Positions 8,186 through 12,630 of a DNA stretch of 12,630 nucleotides are shown one piece after another. Both the position numbers and the translations under genes were made by a program. The stretch spans positions 1 to 12,630 of the forward strand of contig SDNY01000106.1 of NCBI GenBank assembly GCA_004524535.1, read 5' to 3'. The DNA comes from Promethearchaeota archaeon (GTDB lineage Archaea; Asgardarchaeota; Lokiarchaeia; Sigyniarchaeales; SOKP01). The notes under the pieces are model-generated. The model made no database searches. It was not told where the DNA came from and worked only from the letters and a program-made list of their open reading frames with translations. The stretch's first letter is position 1, and every line of letters starts with the position of its first letter.

Positions 8186-9916
8186 TTATAAGGTATAATT
8201 TCCAGATTCTTTTACTGTACTGGGAAGTTTTTCTGAGAATTGTTTCAAATTATTAATTAAATCATTATATTCGCTTGGAACAACCGCCCAGAAGGAGATT
8301 GTGTCGTCTCCCAATACCACATTATCTCTAACGGTCCATTCTCCAGCCTTTGCCCATTCGTCTGGTACATCATATCCATAATCTTTATGTTCAAAAATTA
8401 TAGCGATTACACAATCTTTCTTCTCTGCTTGTTTTTGGACGAATTCTGTATCGAAATCATCTTCTATCCTTGCTTTTGCGACTCTTCTACTCCCTAAGCC
8501 ACGTAAATCTAAGCAATCAATGTCAGCGTGAAAATTCATAGCACCAATATCATTTGCAGCAATACATTCTCCATCATAATATTTGTCTAAAAATAAACCA
8601 ACTTGATATGGTTGTTCATAAATATTATTCGAAGCTAGGGGAGTTTTTCTAATTAAATTATAACTTCTAGGAATATATGAAGAAAAAAGAACGATTATTA
8701 TAAAAATCGCTCCAACAATTTGAATCAAATACTTCTTAATATTTTCCTTAATAATTAAAAAATATTCTTTAAGATGAGAAATTGTTAAGTTTTCTGGGAT
8801 ACCATCATTTATTGAGATAAAGAGCAATATTATTCCTAAAGCAACCAAATATCCATCATATCTCGAAAGATTCTGGTTCTCTTCTGTTATTCCAATTAGG
8901 AATAAATGCATAAGTGTTACACCAATAAAAATTAAAGCCATAATAGAGAATTCGTTCCAAATTTCTTTTTTTTTAAAAAAGAGTGTCCCCATGATTAATA
9001 ATGCCCCCACTAATAGAATCGAAATATGAGGTGCCTTAATTAAGAGTTTAAGATCAAAAAATTCTAGAAATCCCTTAACTGATATGAAATCTGGTTCGTT
9101 ACCCTTTAAAATTACACTATTTGGAAAGAAATACCATCCTTGAGAAGTTGATATTAACCCAAAAACTACAATGGGGAGAAATCCCATGCCAATTATGAGA
9201 AATGAATAAAAAAATTTTTTCCGAAGTAAAAACATTCCAGCAATTACAATTATGAGAAACATACCTTCATACCTTACCATTGTTACTAAAGGAGCTACTA
9301 ATAAAAACAAGTGATCTTGTGAAAAAAATAATTTCCCTTCTTCATTATAGAATCGAATTTTACGTTCTTTAATATTATCATCTGCCAAGATAATAGAAGC
9401 AAGGTATACAAAAACAATAAAAATAAAAATTTGAATTGTGTGCTCCATACCTGTGAATATTAAAAATGGTAATGGTATTAAGAAAATAAGTAGGATTAAT
9501 CCTGTGAATGTTGCATAGGGTGGCAAATTATACTTAATTTTAAGTATGTAGTAAACAAAACATAAAAAGAGATTAGCCGCAACGAGATTAATTATAAGTG
9601 GAGCGATTTCATTGGGTCCAAATAAAAATATTAATGAGAGTAATAGAGAATAAAGAAGACTAGATGAGGAAGAAGAGAAACCTTCATCAGTAACGCCCCA
9701 AACACCTTTTTGAGAGAAATTTTTAGCTATTGCCAGGTGAATGTAAGTATCATCAAGAGCGTAAACAATATGTCCTTCATTCAAATTGAAAGAATAAGCA
9801 AGTAGAAGACCCATTACAAACCATAAGATTATCAAACTAACAAGAATTGACCAATGTCTCTCAATAACCTTTTTTAGAGATTTTTCTTTCCATGTTATAG
9901 TTCTTTTTGCTATCAA
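8186..9916 (-). CDS. Polytopic GT-C glycosyltransferase with DD motif, AftB/GT89-like
   Basis: LDDTYIHLAIAKNF after the first TM helix, then SSSSLLY, TGMEH, VRYEG (RPE-like), SRY, and a soluble C-terminal domain with DIGAMNF...DLRGL. TTG start. Confidence 0.7.
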   Translation of the reverse strand: MIAKRTITWKEKSLKKVIERHWSILVSLIILWFVMGLLLAYSFNLNEGHIVYALDDTYIHLAIAKNFSQKGVWGVTDEGFSSSSSSLLYSLLLSLIFLFGPNEIAPLIINLVAANLFLCFVYYILKIKYNLPPYATFTGLILLIFLIPLPFLIFTGMEHTIQIFIFIVFVYLASIILADDNIKERKIRFYNEEGKLFFSQDHLFLLVAPLVTMVRYEGMFLIIVIAGMFLLRKKFFYSFLIIGMGFLPIVVFGLISTSQGWYFFPNSVILKGNEPDFISVKGFLEFFDLKLLIKAPHISILLVGALLIMGTLFFKKKEIWNEFSIMALIFIGVTLMHLFLIGITEENQNLSRYDGYLVALGIILLFISINDGIPENLTISHLKEYFLIIKENIKKYLIQIVGAIFIIIVLFSSYIPRSYNLIRKTPLASNNIYEQPYQVGLFLDKYYDGECIAANDIGAMNFHADIDCLDLRGLGSRRVAKARIEDDFDTEFVQKQAEKKDCVIAIIFEHKDYGYDVPDEWAKAGEWTVRDNVVLGDDTISFWAVVPSEYNDLINNLKQFSEKLPSTVKESGNYTL

Positions 9917-10030
9917 CTTATTTCAATAAATATTGATTTAAGGTCTGATTTTTCCCTAATTTCATATAATCTCTAATAATTGGATTTTTTTAAAAAATTT
10001 TTCTAAATTGTTAAATTAATGAATAGAAAG

Positions 10031-10102
10031 AAGTTGAAAATAATTGAATTGGATTGTTCCAACTCCTCTCATTTATAAAATTCAATTATCAAGTTGAAAA
10101 TA
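10031..10102. repeat. 12-bp direct repeats (10031-10042, 10091-10102) and 11-bp inverted repeats (10040-10050, 10079-10089) framing the duplicated segment
   Basis: aagttgaaaata occurs twice, 60 bp apart. ataattgaatt and aattcaattat are exact reverse complements separated by 28 nt. Confidence 0.9.
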
Positions 10103-10202
10103 GTAAAAAAATTAATAACAAAAAAATTATAAAATTAAGTTAATAGTTCCCTAATTGGATTGTTCCAACTCCTCTCATTTATAAAAAATTCAATTATCAA
10201 GT
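10047..10202. repeat. Direct repeat pair: 10047-10094 (48 bp, intergenic) and 10153-10202 (50 bp, inside the LRR gene 3' end)
   Basis: aattggattgttccaactcctctcatttat(a4 or a6)ttcaattatcaagt. The copies are identical except for the A-run length. Confidence 0.97.
10105..10126 (-). terminator. Possible oligo-T terminator of the nuclease/LRR unit
   Basis: Two T7 tracts on the coding strand within 30 nt of the LRR stop codon at 10135. Confidence 0.4.
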
Positions 10203-10719
10203 CTTTATGGTGGGACTGTAGTCTCTTGAGCTGCGAAATTGAAAGATTATTAGAACTTAAGATTACGATTTTTAAATTGGGCAGCTCATAAAGATATTCA
10301 ATATCTCTAATCTTATTAAGACTCAAATTCAACCTTACTAATTTATTAAGAGTTTTCAAACCTTTAATTTCATGAATTTGATTACAACTTAACTCTAATT
10401 CTCGCAAATTAATTAATGAATCTAGACATTTTATCTCTGTAATTTTATTTCTATTAAGGCATAATCTTCTTAAATTAATCAAATTCTCAAGACCCTCTAT
10501 TTCAGCAATTTTATTAGCATTTAAAAATAATTCTTCTAGACTAAGTAAATTGTCGAGACCATGAATCTTTTTAAAGTTATTACCGCCTAATTCTAATCTT
10601 TTTAGCGATGTCAAAGTATTTAACCCTTTTATTTCACTAATATCGGAAATGAATAAATTATTTACCTCTAAACAATTATATTTGACATAAAATTTCCTAC
10701 CTTTGTATGATACTGACAT
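10135..10719 (-). CDS. Leucine-rich repeat protein (22-aa SDS22-like repeats)
   Basis: About six tandem LxxLxxLxLxxNxIxxIxGL repeats, e.g. LLSLEELFLNANKIAEIEGLEN and LINLRELELSCNQIHEIKGLKT. The N-cap VSYKGRKFYV...ISDISEIKGL resembles the expanded lokiarchaeal LRR proteins. No signal peptide or TM segment is visible. Confidence 0.93.
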   Translation of the reverse strand: MSVSYKGRKFYVKYNCLEVNNLFISDISEIKGLNTLTSLKRLELGGNNFKKIHGLDNLLSLEELFLNANKIAEIEGLENLINLRRLCLNRNKITEIKCLDSLINLRELELSCNQIHEIKGLKTLNKLVRLNLSLNKIRDIEYLYELPNLKIVILSSNNLSISQLKRLQSHHKDLIIEFFINERSWNNPIRELLT

Positions 10720-10753
10720 TTTATTTCTAATAAATATATATAATTTTATTTAT

Positions 10754-12630
10754 TTAAAGTAAATCTAAATAATTTAATTCTCCCGAAGCAGTCTGCGGGG
10801 GTCTTTTTCTATCTAGACTATCTCCATAACTATTCATCATTGCGTTAAATACTTGAGAACCGATACGAATAGAATACATACCTTTACTCTCAAATAACTT
10901 ACCAAATACCTCCATTACCGTTCCAGGTTCAATCATCTCTCTTACTTTGGATTTTAATCCGAAAAGCTCTTTTATCTCATTCAAATACGCTTCATTTGAG
11001 CTATAAAAAGCCCCAAAATGATATCCCTTACTTTTTCCTGAATAGGTACCGTCGGCATCATAAGCACCAAGCAACCATGCCAAAGCAGTCTGACCCTCTT
11101 CAGTATACATCCATTCATCCAAACTCTTCTGCTTTGCTATCTCTACAAGCTTCTTTATATCAGGAGGGACCTTTTTAATATCTAACTTAGATCCAATACC
11201 TCCTTTCTCTATAATTTCTTCAACCATTGGTTTGCATCCAAATTTAAGGAGTGCATAATAATATTCTTTTTTCTGTCCTTTATATATTCTTATATTTTTC
11301 CCATATTTAATGTGATTTTTACTCAGATCAAGATCAATAGCTTCAGCTAGTTTATAGAGAATTATATCATCATTAGGATTTATCTGTACACCGAGAGAAT
11401 AATCCAAATAAGATAATCCTGATATAAAACCATCATGACATATAAAGCCGTAAAGATAAGCTTTCTTAAATTCGCCTGACAAAATCTCTGCAAAATAATG
11501 AGGTTTTCCCACGTTATGCTGTTGCTTTGAGTATTCCTTTAAATTTGGATTTAATCTTATATAATTTTGAATTAAATTATACATACTCATAGCCTTCTCT
11601 CCAAAGATGCCTTCTAAATTCTCTGCCATAATCTCAAGGCTCTCTAATGAAAATTGATAATCAAGATTTTTCTTTGAAATATATTGTAATTTATCGTACA
11701 CTGAAAATCCAAGTATTTCCGATGCTTCTTCATAAGCAAATTTAATCTCACCCGAAATACGACCAAGTTCAATACATAATGACGTAACAAAGTTTTCAAT
11801 ATCAATTTTTGAATTCTTATAATCATCTACTATTTCGAGACATTGTGATGCTTTTTCACCATATTTTCTTATAAGAGCATTTTCTAAAATTCCTAATGCG
11901 TCGTCACTAATTCTTCTATCTGGATTTTTTGTGTATGCCTTAAGATAATAACTAACCCTACCATGACTCTTTCCCATTAATGTAGACAACATAGTTTTCG
12001 TATATTTATTAACTCTCTCTGGAAAAAGAATTGCTAATTCTTCAGGATATTTTTGAATTTCTGCCATTAAATCGCGTATTAACTCTTCTGCTGTATATCT
12101 CTCTTTACTTCGTGGTGAATTAGCATCTTGATTAGGATCACCCCTCCCTCTTTGTTGAGCCATGACCGTTATTGCTGATGAAAAGATTATATTACCGGAT
12201 TCCGTAATCTCATACGATACCTCTTGGAGGGCAGCGGGAGAGACGCTTCCTAGTGGTCTATTTAATACCTCGCCATTAAGAATAAGGTTAATATCCAGTA
12301 TTGGATTGAGGCTATAGGCTTGCTGAATAATCTTCTTAGTTTGAGCTAATGTTAATCCTCTCTCAATATATATAAATTTAACCGCTTCATCTGTTGAAAC
12401 CCCCGTAAGACGGAGCGCAATCAGTCGGCAGTCTTCTTTAGCGACTCCCTCTTGGATTTTCACCTCCGCTTCATACTGCTCGTACTGTCCCTTACTATTT
12501 TTTACCTTATAGGTTAAATCTTCGGTCTTGAACTTTATATCCGTCGGGGCGTCTTGGTCGATAATCTCAACCTTCTTCTCATAATACCCCTTTAAAGGAT
12601 TAAAGTACACTTTACTATTCTTAGGCAATC
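10754..12630 (-). CDS. 5'-truncated multidomain protein: ubiquitin-like domain, two helical (HTH-like) repeats and a C-terminal two-motif LAGLIDADG endonuclease
   Basis: The frame is open to the window edge, so the TTG at 12628 is probably an internal Leu. LAGLIDADG motifs are KAYLYGFICHDG (11429-11464) and ALAWLLGAYDADG (11048-11086), preceded by HYFAEI and ending LDRKR as in free-standing LAGLIDADG proteins. The Ubl-like segment is aa ~68-163 and the internal repeats are aa ~178-357. Confidence 0.85.
   Translation of the reverse strand, partial: LPKNSKVYFNPLKGYYEKKVEIIDQDAPTDIKFKTEDLTYKVKNSKGQYEQYEAEVKIQEGVAKEDCRLIALRLTGVSTDEAVKFIYIERGLTLAQTKKIIQQAYSLNPILDINLILNGEVLNRPLGSVSPAALQEVSYEITESGNIIFSSAITVMAQQRGRGDPNQDANSPRSKERYTAEELIRDLMAEIQKYPEELAILFPERVNKYTKTMLSTLMGKSHGRVSYYLKAYTKNPDRRISDDALGILENALIRKYGEKASQCLEIVDDYKNSKIDIENFVTSLCIELGRISGEIKFAYEEASEILGFSVYDKLQYISKKNLDYQFSLESLEIMAENLEGIFGEKAMSMYNLIQNYIRLNPNLKEYSKQQHNVGKPHYFAEILSGEFKKAYLYGFICHDGFISGLSYLDYSLGVQINPNDDIILYKLAEAIDLDLSKNHIKYGKNIRIYKGQKKEYYYALLKFGCKPMVEEIIEKGGIGSKLDIKKVPPDIKKLVEIAKQKSLDEWMYTEEGQTALAWLLGAYDADGTYSGKSKGYHFGAFYSSNEAYLNEIKELFGLKSKVREMIEPGTVMEVFGKLFESKGMYSIRIGSQVFNAMMNSYGDSLDRKRPPQTASGELNYLDLL

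Noticed and set aside
10031-10102. Mini CRISPR array
   Set aside because: Only two 12-bp repeats, far shorter than CRISPR repeats, and no cas genes in the window.
10047-10202. Repeat pair as a diversity-generating retroelement TR/VR
   Set aside because: The position at a gene 3' end is suggestive, but there are no adenine-specific substitutions (only a homopolymer length change), the repeat is short, and there is no reverse transcriptase in the window.
10996-11178. 60-aa plus-strand ORF
   Set aside because: Antisense to the second LAGLIDADG motif, short, with no recognisable features.
10754-11510. LAGLIDADG domain as part of an intein or intron
   Set aside because: There is no C-terminal Hint block or His-Asn/Cys-Ser-Thr junction, the protein ends shortly after the nuclease, and no flanking rRNA/tRNA exon is visible.
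11644-11826. 60-aa alternative-frame ORF
   Set aside because: Nested in the long nuclease ORF, with no motif or independent start signal.

Overview
Very AT-rich window, probably from an Asgard archaeon (Lokiarchaeia-like). This is inferred from a Loki-style SDS22-type LRR protein, a Loki-style ubiquitin-like domain and several TTG starts. Positions 1-183 hold the 3' end of a possible transposase. Positions 327-9916 are a six-gene surface-glycan cluster: a DPM1/Ppm1-like GT2, a GT4, and four polytopic GT-C-type membrane proteins. Three of these resemble actinobacterial cell-envelope enzyme families: AftA/GT85 (strong), PimE-AftC/GT87 (strong) and AftB/GT89-like (moderate). Positions 10135-12630 (minus strand) hold a 5'-truncated gene encoding [unknown N-terminus]-[ubiquitin-like domain ending QQRGRG]-[two helical HTH-like repeats]-[two-motif LAGLIDADG endonuclease], followed after 34 bp by a small LRR gene. 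GC content steps down near the end of the Ubl domain. The best candidate for an undescribed system is a ubiquitin-fusion-released nuclease with an LRR partner, in a polymorphic toxin/immunity-like layout. A 48-bp copy of the LRR 3' end sits just downstream, framed by direct and inverted repeats. All family calls come from motif recognition by eye; no searches were run.
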